From Styela clava (taxonomy: Eukaryota), in the NCBI RefSeq assembly GCF_964204865.1, contig NC_135252.1, forward strand, positions 8,680,001-8,744,000: DNA of 64,000 bases. Direction: 5' to 3'. The notes below the pieces were generated by a model. That model worked only from the letters and a program-made list of their open reading frames with translations, searched no databases and was not told where the DNA came from. Shown here in pieces: positions 38,422 through 51,869 of the stretch. The position numbers and the translations under genes are program-made. Every line of letters begins with the position of its first letter. Positions within the stretch are counted from its first letter, which is position 1.

Positions 38422-39679
38422 TGATAATAGACATCTGTTAACAATGTGCAGCATATGAAAAAACAGTATAAATTTGGCTATGTTTCACCATGGTGCTGAA
38501 TATTCGTTGATTTATTTCTGATGTTACATCACCTTTAAAATCTTTACTGATGGAAATAAATGAACACGGAAGTCGATGCTCTCCATTAGTCCTGATGATC
38601 GAAGTTAAGCAGTGAAATTTCTAATGTGCATATTCACTCAATGTGCTACCGCACTGCCCTTTATATAATAAAAATGAATGAACATTTTTTCCTGAAATCT
38701 GCTTTTATTTGGTGTGACATAGTAGTTTGGAAAGAACGAGTTTTGCATAGATGCCCCGTTAAAAGGGCCATTTGAATGAGTCTAAAATTTCAATTGACTG
38801 AATCCATTATCAAGCAAACACTATAATAAATTTTGGCACTTGTGTTGATTGAATAAAGTAGGCTTTAAACACTCTTTTATGAGTGGCTATTATATCAGTA
38901 ATATAGACATTGGTATACACTGTAATAATAGATAGCTCAAATAATGATTACCAGTAAGTACATTAATTAATTTGCCAGAAGAATTTACTACTAATTTTAT
39001 GGACTACAAATCTCCAATGGTCCTTTCTTTACGTTTTTTGGTTCCAGGTTATAAAGTAAGTGAAATAAGGCAAGAAAAGTAATAATAATAAAAATCATAT
39101 GGCTTGGTAACACAGCAGAAAAAACATTCAAAGTGAACTAATCAGTGACAATATGGCATGAGTTATAAATATAGAAAGAATCTGAAAGGCACACACAAGA
39201 AAAACAGCACTCAAACCTAAATATATCGTTACAAACACACATTGAGGTATATATAAATTCATGGCATTTAAAAAAATATTTTACTATTGGGGAAGTAGTT
39301 TGCGAAATTTAAATATTCAAAATATATGAAAATATTGATGAATATTTCGGTAAACTCATTTTTAAGTCTATATTAATCCAAATTGACCTAATTAGAATTT
39401 TAATTAGATCACGTATATGGTAATTTAAAAAAAGGAAAAAACAATTTATGAAAATTGAAGCACATTAAAGTTGTGGTGACTATACAACAGTGAAATTTAA
39501 CTAGGTAATATTCTCAGATTGACTAGCTCATTTGCATCATTGGGAAATTATAATGTTAGAAATAAGAGGAAATGCTTCACCTCAATTACGAGTGTCGCTT
39601 AAAGGTTTGTATCGTTTTGAAATAACATAGCTTGCTCACAGTGTCATGGTATAACTATTTTGCACAATCTTTTCCTTCG

Positions 39680-42600
39680 TTAAAATATAACTCCACTCTC
39701 AATATGCATAGAATCAAGTTGATTCGATACAGACATCATATTGTCGTTCACAGAATAATTTTCATCCAATCCTGTTCTTTCATTCAAGATTATGTCTTGA
39801 TCTAAGATGTTTGCATATTCCGATCTGAATTAAGAAAAAAATGTGAATGTATCGTATACATGAAATCACTTGACTAACACATTAGGTACTTGTGAATTTG
39901 AATATTCTTTCATAATGTAGCGGAAACGTGATATGTCTAAAATTGTATCATGTACATTTGATAGTGAGTACATGTCCCCGTTCCCTATGTTATGGGTGAA
40001 ATCAATGCAACATTAATCTGTCTGGTAAATCAAATTTCACTAATTTTTATTTAACTTCCGAGTCCCCAGTTTGTCTTTATGTTATTTTAAATGTTTGAAA
40101 ACGGCAACTCTGGTCTCCCCAGCACTTTATATTAAATGTACAGATATTACATAGAACTTTTTTCAGCGATACTAATGAAAAACGCTGATATTTTGTAAAT
40201 ATCAAAAATGTTAATACAATTTCCTTGAGTGCTACCTTGAAGATCATCTCGAAAGAAGAACATTCAAAATTAATGAAACTTTAGTGCAACGCCATATCTT
40301 GTATTTGTGCGGCTCGATAGTTTTTAGATACATTATGATGCCATAACCAATGACGTCTATATTCCATTAAATCATTGATAAATATAAACTTTAATATAAG
40401 TAAATCTGGTGCTAACTGGAATTCGAAAACATTGAGAAGTTCTGAATTGAAATGAAAAGATATGGTTCCGTGACAAGAGGATGTGCCTTTCAAAACATTT
40501 AGAAACAAATCAAAGAGCTGAATATGTCAGAAATATTGCTATATTTTTAACCGATATCAATACAAATACCGATATATCAATACATTTCTACTTTATATAC
40601 GTTTCCTATTACGCAAGGTAATATGAAAAACTAAATAATAATCTTGTATATGGACATTAAAAACCTGAATGCAATGAAAGTATAGATTCGCAATAGCATT
40701 AAAAGTAAAATGACATACGGTTCAGGTGATGTCCTGTGAACAGATTCTCTAGATGTAGCAGATTGAGCTCTTATCATTCTTCTTTCATATTCAGCTTTTC
40801 TTGATCTATGTTCTTCATATGCCTAGAAATCAGGTCAGAAAAATATCTTTTGAATCAGGGGTGTGCAACCTGTGGCCCGCGGGTCAAATGCGGCCCTCAA
40901 GGGAAAATTAGGGGGCTCATGGGAAGTGCCAATTTTGAATGATGTGGGGCCCGTGAAACGAGTTATTAATTAAATTTGGTATGTGCGAGTATTTCCAATT
41001 CCTTCGCCTGCGAAGCCTATACCTATGTACAATTTATTATCTTTGCCTATGACTTCACAATGCCTTAACACCTAGCTTGTGCAAATAACGCATGTCACAA
41101 GATCAATAACCAAATTTTTTGTGCCTAAAAGGCCTATGTTAAATAAAGGTGAGGCCCGCGGTTTCACCCGGTTACTTCTATCTGGCCCTCTTGTAAAGGT
41201 TGCACACCCCATTTTTGAGCATTTATCACTCATGCTTTTTTGAGAAAATATCTATCTCATTGTTCAATTTCAAAAAAATTCATTCGAATATCCAGTCACA
41301 TTTTAGAATAAATAATCACATTTTTAACCGAAATGTTGAGCGCTAGTGCGCTACAGCCCCATGCCTAAGCTTCAAAATTCCAATTTAATCTAAGCAACCA
41401 TAACAATTAAATCCTGGAAAAAAACAACAAAATATACCTTATTTAATCGATCTTTCAATTGTCTCTGTCTACTTGGACTTGGGGTGTATCCTTCACTCTT
41501 CTTTTGCACATGAGCTTCAGGTTGAATTCCTTGACATTTTCTGATTGTTGGCCCTGGTAACTGGAAAAAGCAATCAAGACATTTATTTCATTATTTAGAA
41601 ACTTAAAACTCTTACCCAATTGCAACATATTACTGAAGATTTGCTCATGGCAAGATGGGGGAAAATGCTCTCTAAGATAGCAATACTTAATTTAAGTGGC
41701 ACTACTTCAAAAATCTATGAATCATAAAAAACAAATCATATGGAACCTGTCATTATAATACTGGTACTTTAATAACCCATGTATGTAAGAATGCGGAAGG
41801 AAATACCTGTTTCTGTAATAAGTGTTTTGGGGACAGTTTCAGTAATGGAAATACCAATAAAATTGAATGAAACTTATGGTTTGGTTGAGTAAATTAACAA
41901 GAACAACAACTCATATGAGACACATTTACAATCATCAGCATATTTCCGTTTTTTGTAATTGAGCGTAATTGTTTCTTACAAAAGCCATTACAAGAAATTC
42001 TAAACCAAATTGATAATTCAATACTACCTTTTATTATTGTGAGAATTGAACCAGAAAGTTACATTTACTATTTATACAAAATCTTTCTATCGAAGCATAA
42101 ACAATGAATAAAAATTACTTTCAGGATTTTCTTGGGTCAAAAACTCTCAATACACTACATTGTATGCCCGTCACATTATTGCAATGATACTGCGTATAAC
42201 AGTACTGAGCAGAGAGTCAAACATGCTTATACAATACATTTAATATCCTACAGTTGCAAAGTTTTGCTAAGGTTTTACAACAGGGTCTTCGATATTCCTG
42301 GACAATTCGTCAATTTGAAGACATTGTATGGACAAAATAACAATCCAGAGATTTATGAGTGCTTGATTTAAAAGTTTCACTAATTACATTTAAAATAATC
42401 TGTTTTAAAATTTTGATTCAGAATTCAATGTGAATAAATCAAAATCGCTGCTCAATAAACTGCTGTTATTTGCCAATTTACAACTATTCACATTAATGAG
42501 TTTGTGCAAGGATAAAATTTTAATGATGATAAATTACTGTTGTTATGTTCTACCATTTTACTAATGAAAATTATATATTAGAACGGAATTTCCTTCCATT

Positions 42601-45600
42601 TTTGATGGGCTTTACTTATGAAACTTGACATGGGATAGGATTTTCATATTCAACTAGAGAGAGAGAGAAAAGTTGATGAGGGAACCACGACGTCTTGGGT
42701 AGTTACCAACCAGTACAGAACCATAGACATGAACCACAAATTTATAGAATGATTTATAACCATAAAACATTTATAACTTCACAATACCTTGACAGGACAG
42801 AGTGGCTTTAATCGTCCCTTTAATAATTTCCCAGCTTTATTATTCTCTATATTAATGGGATCATTCATTAACTTCAATCCTCTCTTTACTCTTGATATTG
42901 TGAAAGCTGTGGTTAATCTCAATTCATAACCTGGCCGTACAATATCATCCTAGAACAGAAATAAATCTTTGATGAATGAGGAAATCTCTTAACATTCTTT
43001 TAAAAAATTATATCAGGCTAAATTTAAAACTCTTAAGAAAGAGAGAGAGAATTTATTTTTTATATTTATATATTCATATACCAAACTTGAGAATCTTAGA
43101 TTTTTAGACCTAAACTTTAAATCATTCAAATTCAAATATTTATATATCAGTATAATTTATTTTGTATTCCATTTGTGACAATATATTCTTGTCACTTTAA
43201 TAACCAATATTAATTCTCATAATTATAATTACTATTAATATAGCATAATTATAATAACCTAATGTACATCATAGGGGTCCACATTCAATTGTCACAAAAA
43301 AATAAACGATAAACAAGTACTCACAATCATTTCTTGTTTTTCCGGGTTCATAGTAATAAATGGAGATTGCTTGAATGGCATTTTAATAAAGACATTTGCT
43401 TTTCTATTTGATTCTATGTCCATTAGTTCATTATTTCTCCACCTCGATGAATTACTGCTCACAGCTCGACTGCTTGCTATTCTATTTTTTGCTGTCCATA
43501 TAATAGACTTTGTTACATGTGGTACAGTTTTTCTAAGAATAAAGTAAATGAAAGTTTTCTTCTTAATATACAATTGAGTAGCTTGTAAAACAGCTTAAAT
43601 ATAAGAATAAGGAGAAACAAATAAAATGAATGGAACCTTGTAAAACAGCTTACACAAAAGAATAAAGAAGAATAAATAAAATGAATGGAATTATATGGAA
43701 ATTTTCCATATAATTTTCAATTGGGTAGCTTGTAAAACAGCCCAAATATACAGTTTGATGACTCGAAAAATAGTTCTGATAAAGCGACACACGATACAAG
43801 CGAAAGCGGAACAAGATACTAAGTAATGGAAAAGATCAGAATTAATTCTGTATATTTACTATCCAGATAAGCGTAGGAGTCAATATACCTTAAAGCAGGG
43901 GTCGGCAACCTTTTGTAGCACGCGGGCCAAAATTAAAGGTTGCAAGTCATTGGCGGGCCGCACCTATTTTTAGAATGTTGAAAATCGAATGAATGACCGA
44001 TGAATCACATTTTATCACACAGATCAGAAGTTAAATTTTAAACAGCGTGCGAAGACTGAACATTTGAATATTTTTCGCGCCAATAAACCATTTGCACTTA
44101 GCATCAACTTTTCTGCGTTTTGTTGTCATTTGTCTGAATTATATATAATCAAATTATAGGCTCATTAAACGAGTAATTGTGAATTATATACTTGTTACGT
44201 TATAATATAATTTAGTCTACACGTAAACTCTTCTGCGTAAAGAATACAATCGACAAAACAGCTATAATTTGTTACTATAATTCAGTGAAGCGTCGTAGGT
44301 TGCCGAGCCCTGACTTGAAGCCTTATATTACCGTAACTTAATAGCAGAGAAAATTTGCGAAATCTATCAATCAGAAGAAAGGTGTTTTAACCTATGGGCT
44401 ATACTACACGTAGATTCCAAAGCATGTATTAAACTCATGAACAGCTCAAACAAAGATCACAACAACTCAATATAGTTGAATGGGAAATTGATTTTATTTT
44501 ATTGAATCACAGTATTATTCAGTAACCTCTCCTGCATATACTCGAGCAACAACTGATAATTTTGTTATGTCAAACTTTATCATAAATCCATATGTTGGAT
44601 TATTAGAGGTGAACTGAGTCCCAGATGACAAACAAATGAAGGGCATTTAAATCATGTTTTTTTGTTTTGGGTCCGAAATGAACAATAATAAGATTGCTTC
44701 ACCACGCTAGTTTGACAAATTTCCAATCAGTGGTTTCAAAAAATGATATGATGCTAACTATTTACGTTGATAAAAATTACAAGACTTAGATGTTTACTGT
44801 AAATAAGAATTCCTTTGTTGAAACTTCAGAAAAATTATTTCAGTACACCGTTATTGACTGATTTCAAATGTGTACCAAACATGATCCTTGCATTGAAGAT
44901 TTGCATCATATGTGAAAAACAATTGAAACAGGATAAAAACAAATATAAAAAGAAGTGACTACTTCATAATTATAGGCTATTATTTATGATACATTACAAA
45001 AGAGCAAACAAAAAATGTTGCTTTACTTACGCTCTGCCATTGTATAATTCATCAATGATTTCCTCATTTAGACCATATCCATATTCATTACTAGGAGCAG
45101 TTTGAGGATGTTCATCAGGTGGTAGTTCAGTTAGTATGACTCCAGGAGCAACCTGATTACAGAAAGATAAAATAATGTTTGTGGAAGTTGAATCTCAAAG
45201 TTGTGAGAAATGGAACAGTAGGATTTTTTTGTTTATAAAACATATTTATACTTTCTTCACTCTGAATAAGGCTGCGCATAAGCAGCCACTGCTAGGGGAG
45301 GAGCTACTATAGTAGTTTAAAGGGTTTTAGAAAAATTTGCTGTTAGAAATTTCGCCGCATAGAAAAAATCGCCGTATATGGAAATCGCCGTACGAAAAAT
45401 TGCCATATTTGAAAAAGATTTATTATTTAAGAGCATACTCTAACCCTATAAACCTACCGGTAACTGTTTTAATCACAAAAACTTGTTTAACAGCAAAATG
45501 CTTTTGCGACCTTTCCTATGCGGCGAAATTCCGTGCAGCGAGATTTCCTACGACAAATTTTTTGGACACAGTACCATAATTTTTCTTGTTCAGCATTGCC

Positions 45601-47547
45601 TACTCATTTTATTAAACCCTGGTCGAGTTAGAGGACATGAATCTGTGATGCTAGAAAGGTTAAGTCTGACGCTTTCTCTCTTTCTTTTGAACGAATCAAT
45701 AATAAATGAAAATAAATAAAGATGAAATTCCCTTTTACAAACTTTGAAATGGTTAATAAAATTGTTTAGAAATTGTCTATTCTAATAAATTTAGATAAAA
45801 AGTTGGTATGTGTCATGATTTTTTTCTTCAAAATATAGTCAAGATTGATATCCAGTATGTGTTATATGTGATGCGTGTGAGAGTACTCTGTGTGTATATA
45901 TATGTGTGGATGAGTAAGTAACGACTTAATATTGCAGTATTAAAAGTGAACATTATTTGCTTGGCTAATTCATAGAAGGAAGCACTGATCTATTTACACA
46001 TAGTAATTCAAGTAAATTGATGGAAGTGAAATATTTAAATCAATGTAGAAAAATTTGAACCTCATAATATCTTTCTCTCTGTCGTTTTTTTGTTCCACCA
46101 CTCACTAATCTTCTTTGTTGAGGACTTTCGCCAGTTTGTAATCGTTGCATATGTCGAATAATGGCAATTTTTTGTCGATGTCTTTGCTCAGCTGCCGATG
46201 ATTGTTGTCTACTTTGTTGTCGTGTATGGACGGACCGATCTCTTGGTATAGCTGTGCCTATAGTCAGAAATAGCTGATAAATTTTAAGAGCATAATATTC
46301 AGGATATTATTTAATAACCAATTTTATTGAATAGGTATATGAAATTGATAAACCAGTAATAATCTATAAAATTAAAAGAAGAAATAAACATATTTTGGAT
46401 GACAATAATATCAAATTTTTACAAATATTTATCAATTGATTTTACGATCTACTTGGCGAGATACTTACCTAAAGGTTCCAGCGGAAGATTGACAAGAGGT
46501 ACGGTAGAAGGGTGTTCAGGATTGGCCCATCTAATGGATGAATCTGTCATTGGTCTTTTTCCTTCAACAATTTTTATCAAGCCACTAGGTACTCTTTTAT
46601 TTGGATCATAAAGATAATTGTCACGAAATACTTGACGATCATCACTGTTTGTTCCCTGTATTGATTCAATGGAGTAGGAATATATAGATGGAAAATATCA
46701 TACTATAGTCTTTGTAATCAATACAAGTTAGGAATATGATGTTACTTTAACTAGGAACTGTAGAAACAATGATCAATTGTTAAGAAGATTTTATGACAAT
46801 ATTTCACTTTACATAATGAAATATTAATAACTCAAAACTTTTTTATTCATACTATATTTAATAATTCAACAACTGGCAGTACTATTGAATTTTTGCTAAT
46901 ATAATTATCCGTGTATCAAACTAAAAAACATATAAATTATCCTACAATATTTCAAAACAAGGCATTTTTGTCGTTAAATTTATGCTGCCAAACATTTTCA
47001 AAGTATTATTTCAATAAAACTAACCAAAGAACCTTCTTCACTCGGTGGAGGAGCAACCATTTTTAATCCAGCACTACTTCTATCTCCTGCTGAATGTCGA
47101 TCAATTGATTGTGCTTCATTAAAAGTAACAATACCAGTTGATGGTTCAACTATATGAACCTGTTACACAATACAAAAGGTAATGTGAGAATAAGAAAAAG
47201 ACAGAGAAAGAGAGAAGAAACAAGAATATTGAAATCAACATATTATTTGCAAAGGTATTACATGATAGCAAAAATACTTGAACAGTAAATTTAAAAGCTT
47301 AGTGATACTCATAATATGTAATACTGTTTCAGATTCAAAAGTTAATTCAAATACAAAACTCAATATTCGTTTCAAATATTGTTTGGTTTTAAAAATAAAG
47401 GTATCAAACCAGTATACCGACCTGCTCGATCTGCACGTCATGGAATGTTGGACTCAAGACTGGATCTTTCCATTTTACAGAGTGGTTACTAATTTGACTT
47501 TCTGTCCGCTTTATTGACATCTTTCTCTTTTTATTATTAGCTTCCAT
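39680..47547 (-). CDS. Uncharacterised ~502-aa protein, 10 coding exons (47547-47422, 47159-47025, 46655-46469, 46257-46061, 45152-45031, 43532-43325, 42949-42788, 41560-41438, 40822-40719, 39824-39680)
   Basis: Ten open exons with GT-AG boundaries chain in perfect phase from ATG (MEANNKKRKMSIKRTESQ..) to TAA (..HIESGVIF*), total 1509 nt. I recognise no domain. Confidence 0.8.
40857..41210. mobile_element. hAT-type MITE
   Basis: caggggtgtgcaacct / aggttgcacacccc with ggcccgcg subterminal motifs. A degenerate relative lies at ~53120-53330. Confidence 0.8.
43896..44312. mobile_element. hAT-type MITE
   Basis: caggggtcggcaacct / aggttgccgagccctg. TSD ccttaaag/acttgaag. Confidence 0.8.
45347..45570. 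mobile_element. MITE with subterminal (aatcgccg)n repeats
   Basis: atttcgccgcatag at the left and ctatgcggcgaaat at the right, with internal ctaaccct. Confidence 0.6.
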
Positions 47548-48088
47548 TTTATATAAATAATCTATAATGTTTAATTGAAGTAAATCATCAAAAAATAAGA
47601 CTAGATCTTAATGGTTATAAAACATGATCAAAAAACTGATGAATAAAGAGCTGATAATAATTGGTTTAAATTAGTTCAAGTTAAAGTTAGTTCAATATCA
47701 AGTTGCACCCTTTTTATTCTGGTCAGAATAAAATACTCTGTTCCTCTAGGTATAAATAGGCTAAAAAAATGTCTATAGCGGATAAAAATTGCCAAAAAAC
47801 AAAACTGCAATCAATAATATTCAGAAATGAAAACATCACAAACATGATTTCTAATTAACGCATATTTAATAAAAACTGTAAAACATGGTAACAATGTACT
47901 CCTCATACAGTCATATTATATAAACATCTGAACATTGCTGGCTGTCTACTGTTGAGTCATGTGTGCATCTGCATTTTGACCAAATACATGCGTTATTGTT
48001 TATCATGATTATATCTGGGGCTTGCGCGCTGGACATAAAGCAAAATTGAATTAGCTGCGTATTGATTTGGGAATACACTCTGCGCCGC

Positions 48089-48102
48089 TTCACCATGGAA
48101 AC
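48089..48102 (-). promoter_or_regulatory. RFX X-box-like site between the orphan gene and VPS54
   Basis: GTTTCCATGGTGAA on the minus strand, against consensus GTTNCCATGGNAAC. A half-site CATGGTAAC lies at ~47884-47892. Confidence 0.5.
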
Positions 48103-48815
48103 AGTTTACAGATGAGTGTATTCATGCGTGCAGATGAACAACAATGGAGTCTTCCTTGGTCGGATTTATAGGTGATTCAAATTCGTCTGTTTACTTTTTG
48201 TTTGGTCTAATTTCTGGATTACAATTTAAATTTTCTGAAATAAATTGTGTTCAGCTTAATTTTCACCGAGATTACAATCTTATATTGTTTCTATAAACGT
48301 TATGGTCGTATCATATCGACCTTACAACGGGTCATAATTGTAGGGTTAAGACAACAAAATTCACAGTCAAATCTATAACGCTAATATTAACAGCCAATCA
48401 CAATTTAAAGCACGTTAGAACTGTTCAATTCAAGTGAAGTTAATATGTGCAGAAGATTTATTACCCAGAGACCTGACATCTCTATGATGTGTAAGTGCGA
48501 CGGTTAGCGGCCAATAAACGTTGCCAACTCATTAACGATAAAGATATATCGTTTATGTTAATTTTAATTTCCTCATAACCTGTGAAGTTTATTTTATTGT
48601 TCTGAATTAAACATAGATGATTTTAATACATTGTAGGCTTCGTGCAACGAAATTTTAAGACTTTCCCCTATATACGTTGATACGTTAATGCACTCAAGTA
48701 GAAGTTGGCATCACGAGCATTACGAGTGGACTTTGGCTTATTTGTTGTTCTTGCTGCGGCCGTGGTTTTGGTTTTATGTGTTGTAATTTAAATGGCATAA
48801 TTTCTTCTCTACTGA

Positions 48816-51800
48816 ATGGCACACGGTGGAAATCATGCAAATGTTGACAAGAACAAACGGCAGATAGCTCGTGATTCTAAAGTCAACCTTGCAGCTTTAC
48901 TGAACGATCCCAGGAAGGCCAGGAGAGATTACGATGTTTTCACGAAAACTTGGGGAGAATCGTTCAAAGATCTCACTCATGGATCCACTGTACCTAAATC
49001 TAGTAGGTTACCTGAAATTTCGGAAGCACATTTTGCTAATTATCTATCAAAAACAAGGGATAAATTTCTTAGACATCAGAGTCAACACGTTGAAAGTGGT
49101 ATCGTAACAAACGAGGGAAATGAATATGGTGGTTCGAAAGTAAATGCTGGAAAAGCTAGTCTTAAGACAGCTTCATTGCAACAACAATTGAAAATCCAGG
49201 CAGCTACAAAGTTAGCTCTTGATTCAATTCCAAGAATGTTTTTGAGGCCTACATTTTCTCTTGAAGATCCAGGGACATTTTCTTCAGTAATAAGTTTAAA
49301 TTCTTTATCATCGGGCCATGCAACAACTAGAAACTATGTAAGTGATTTTATTGCTCATGGTATGTCATCATCAAAATTGTTACAAGAAAAACTAAGCCAT
49401 CATTTAGACTTGGTAGAAGTCGCTATCGTGCGTCAAATATCTGTTCAATCAGATGCATTCTTTGATGCAATGGCATCACATGAAGACTTGAATGAATTCT
49501 TGCGTAAAATGTTATCAAGTGTTCATCAATTAAAACTTAAAATTAGTGCAATCGGTGAGACTATAACAAAAAAATCATTCAAAGTACTACATTGTCATTG
49601 TAAGCACAGGAATAGAGTTATTGTTTTGAATAAATTACAAACAATGATAACAGTACACCAAGCCCAACCCACAATACAACTTCTGTTATCAACCGGTGAA
49701 TACGCAGGAGCATTAGACTTGATCGAAACGACACAAGAAGTTTTGAAACAAGAATTAGCTGGACTTCATTGTTTTAGGCATTTAAGTTCCCAATTATCGG
49801 AAATTGAAAATGTGATTGGCCATATGATGAATGAAGAATTTTCAAACTGTATAACCAATGACCTTCAAAGGCCTTTAATTGAGGGTTCTGTAACCTCACA
49901 ACCCCATCATCTCACTGCGATTGCGCTTGGCTTGATTAGAAGAAAACGATTAGTATTCTTAGATGAATTCAGGGAAGAAGTTAAAACAACTGTAAAAACA
50001 ATCATAAAAACAACAGTGATGGATGTAGTTGAAGCATCAGAAAAGAACAACAAAAATCTGACCAATGGGGTCGAACAAAATGGGGATTCACCTGAAAAAA
50101 CTGAATCTTTGGCGGAAAGAATGCGATTGCTTGAATATAATGAATGGATTGAGCTGTTTATTGCAATCACTGATAATTTAACTATATTTCTAAGACGAGT
50201 AAAATCTTTTTTGACTGTCGTAGTCAATGCGATCTGCCTATCGACACCACCGTCTAAAAGATTTAATGTGAATAATTCCCTCGCAAATGGAATTTCTACA
50301 GATTCTGATTTGGCTGTGCATACTGCACCTGATAAATTGAATGAGTTGGAACAACAAACTACCTCTCCTAAAGATACTATTTCTACAGATAATGTATGGG
50401 ACGATATGGACCAATATGAAGCTCAATTGATGGAGTCTGTAAATGAGAATCCGAGAGAAAAAGAATCTAAGCAAAAATTACAAAGAACATTTTCACAGAA
50501 TATTTCAGACTCTATATCTACTAAAGGAACTGATAATTCTGACTCAGATTCGGTAACTGAAGAATGTGATTCCTCTGCTGCGGGTTCATTGCTAAATGAA
50601 AAAGAACATAGCGACTTTATGCAATCAATTTGTGAAAATTTAATATGGGCTGCAGATTTTGCTCACGACCGTTGTGTTAAAGTCATTATTGCCAAAAATA
50701 AAAATTCTTCTTTGGAGAAGTTAACTTCTCTCCAGTTTTTAACACTTGCTCAATCCATTGAAAAGTATCTCACTGACACGGAAAACATATTTTTAGGAGA
50801 AGAAAGTAATGGTGATAAAGATTCTTTATATTTTGATGGATATTTCATGATGTGTTGTGGAAATTATAACAGGGGTGGTGGAGTCTTGAGAGGTGTTTTG
50901 CAATCGCAAGCATCACGCTTTGTCACAAGATTTCATGAAGAAAGAAGAAATAAATTATCACTTATACTTGACAATGAAACATGGAAACAATCTGAAGTAC
51001 CGGCTCAACTTGCAAAGTCGCTGCAAAATCTATCAGTTGCTGCATCTAAAAATGAAATCAAAGTGGATAAATTACCTGATGATGGATCAGCAGAAAGTAC
51101 GAAACCTACTGCTCTGTTGACCATTGATGGAGATGAATATGCTGTTGTTGGGACAGTACTCATGCTTCTTAAAATGGTGACAGAATATTTAAAATGTGCT
51201 GATGATTTGCCTGCCTCAACACAAGACTTAATGACAAGGGTTTGTGAATTATTAACACTATTCAATTCTCGAACTTGCCAACTTGTCCTAGGTGCGGGGG
51301 CGTTACAGCTAGCTGGACTGAAAACAATAACCACTAGAAATTTAGGTTTAGCGTCAAGGTGCCTTCAACTTGTTTTAAATCTACTTCCATCAATTAGGTA
51401 CCAATTTAAACAAAAACTGTCGCTGTCTTGTCCTCCGAATAGCAAAAGTAAACATTTGAGCAGTTTGAAACATTTTGATCATGTTTCAAAAGATTATAAG
51501 GATCATATAACAGAAATTGATAATAAACTTGTCAATATAATGGATTCTGCAATTGAAAATAATCTTTCGAGATGGCAGGTAAAAGCACCAATGCCTTCTC
51601 GTGAATTTCGAACTATATGTCGTCAGATGACAAAACTTCATGAAATGATTGCGGATTTATTACCTGAAAAACAGGTAGAAAATATTCTGTATAATATTCA
51701 CTTAAGCTTTGCAAAACAGTTGCATAGAAAACTCCAACAATATGGTGTTCGTAATGACGGAGGACCACAATGTGGTCTTGTTATGTCTGATATTGCTTTT

Positions 51801-51869
51801 TATGAGGTTAGCTTAAAAAACTTGAAAGTTTTCAATGAAGATTTATCAATGAATTCTGTGTGGAGCTGA
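48816..51869 (+). CDS. VPS54: Vacuolar protein sorting 54 (GARP complex subunit), single-exon 1017-aa ORF
   Basis: Has NLAALLNDPR..FTKTWG, LQEKLSHHLDLVEVAI, QPTIQLLLSTGEYAGALDLI, FHEERRNKLSLILDNETWKQ, FNSRTCQLVLGAGALQLAGLKTIT and NDGGPQCGLV. Confidence 0.96.
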   Translation: MAHGGNHANVDKNKRQIARDSKVNLAALLNDPRKARRDYDVFTKTWGESFKDLTHGSTVPKSSRLPEISEAHFANYLSKTRDKFLRHQSQHVESGIVTNEGNEYGGSKVNAGKASLKTASLQQQLKIQAATKLALDSIPRMFLRPTFSLEDPGTFSSVISLNSLSSGHATTRNYVSDFIAHGMSSSKLLQEKLSHHLDLVEVAIVRQISVQSDAFFDAMASHEDLNEFLRKMLSSVHQLKLKISAIGETITKKSFKVLHCHCKHRNRVIVLNKLQTMITVHQAQPTIQLLLSTGEYAGALDLIETTQEVLKQELAGLHCFRHLSSQLSEIENVIGHMMNEEFSNCITNDLQRPLIEGSVTSQPHHLTAIALGLIRRKRLVFLDEFREEVKTTVKTIIKTTVMDVVEASEKNNKNLTNGVEQNGDSPEKTESLAERMRLLEYNEWIELFIAITDNLTIFLRRVKSFLTVVVNAICLSTPPSKRFNVNNSLANGISTDSDLAVHTAPDKLNELEQQTTSPKDTISTDNVWDDMDQYEAQLMESVNENPREKESKQKLQRTFSQNISDSISTKGTDNSDSDSVTEECDSSAAGSLLNEKEHSDFMQSICENLIWAADFAHDRCVKVIIAKNKNSSLEKLTSLQFLTLAQSIEKYLTDTENIFLGEESNGDKDSLYFDGYFMMCCGNYNRGGGVLRGVLQSQASRFVTRFHEERRNKLSLILDNETWKQSEVPAQLAKSLQNLSVAASKNEIKVDKLPDDGSAESTKPTALLTIDGDEYAVVGTVLMLLKMVTEYLKCADDLPASTQDLMTRVCELLTLFNSRTCQLVLGAGALQLAGLKTITTRNLGLASRCLQLVLNLLPSIRYQFKQKLSLSCPPNSKSKHLSSLKHFDHVSKDYKDHITEIDNKLVNIMDSAIENNLSRWQVKAPMPSREFRTICRQMTKLHEMIADLLPEKQVENILYNIHLSFAKQLHRKLQQYGVRNDGGPQCGLVMSDIAFYEVSLKNLKVFNEDLSMNSVWS

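Noticed and set aside
44527-44613. Open 87-nt AG..GT segment inside the orphan gene
   Set aside because: It is open only in phase 0, while the flanking exons join in phase 2. Inclusion would introduce a stop.
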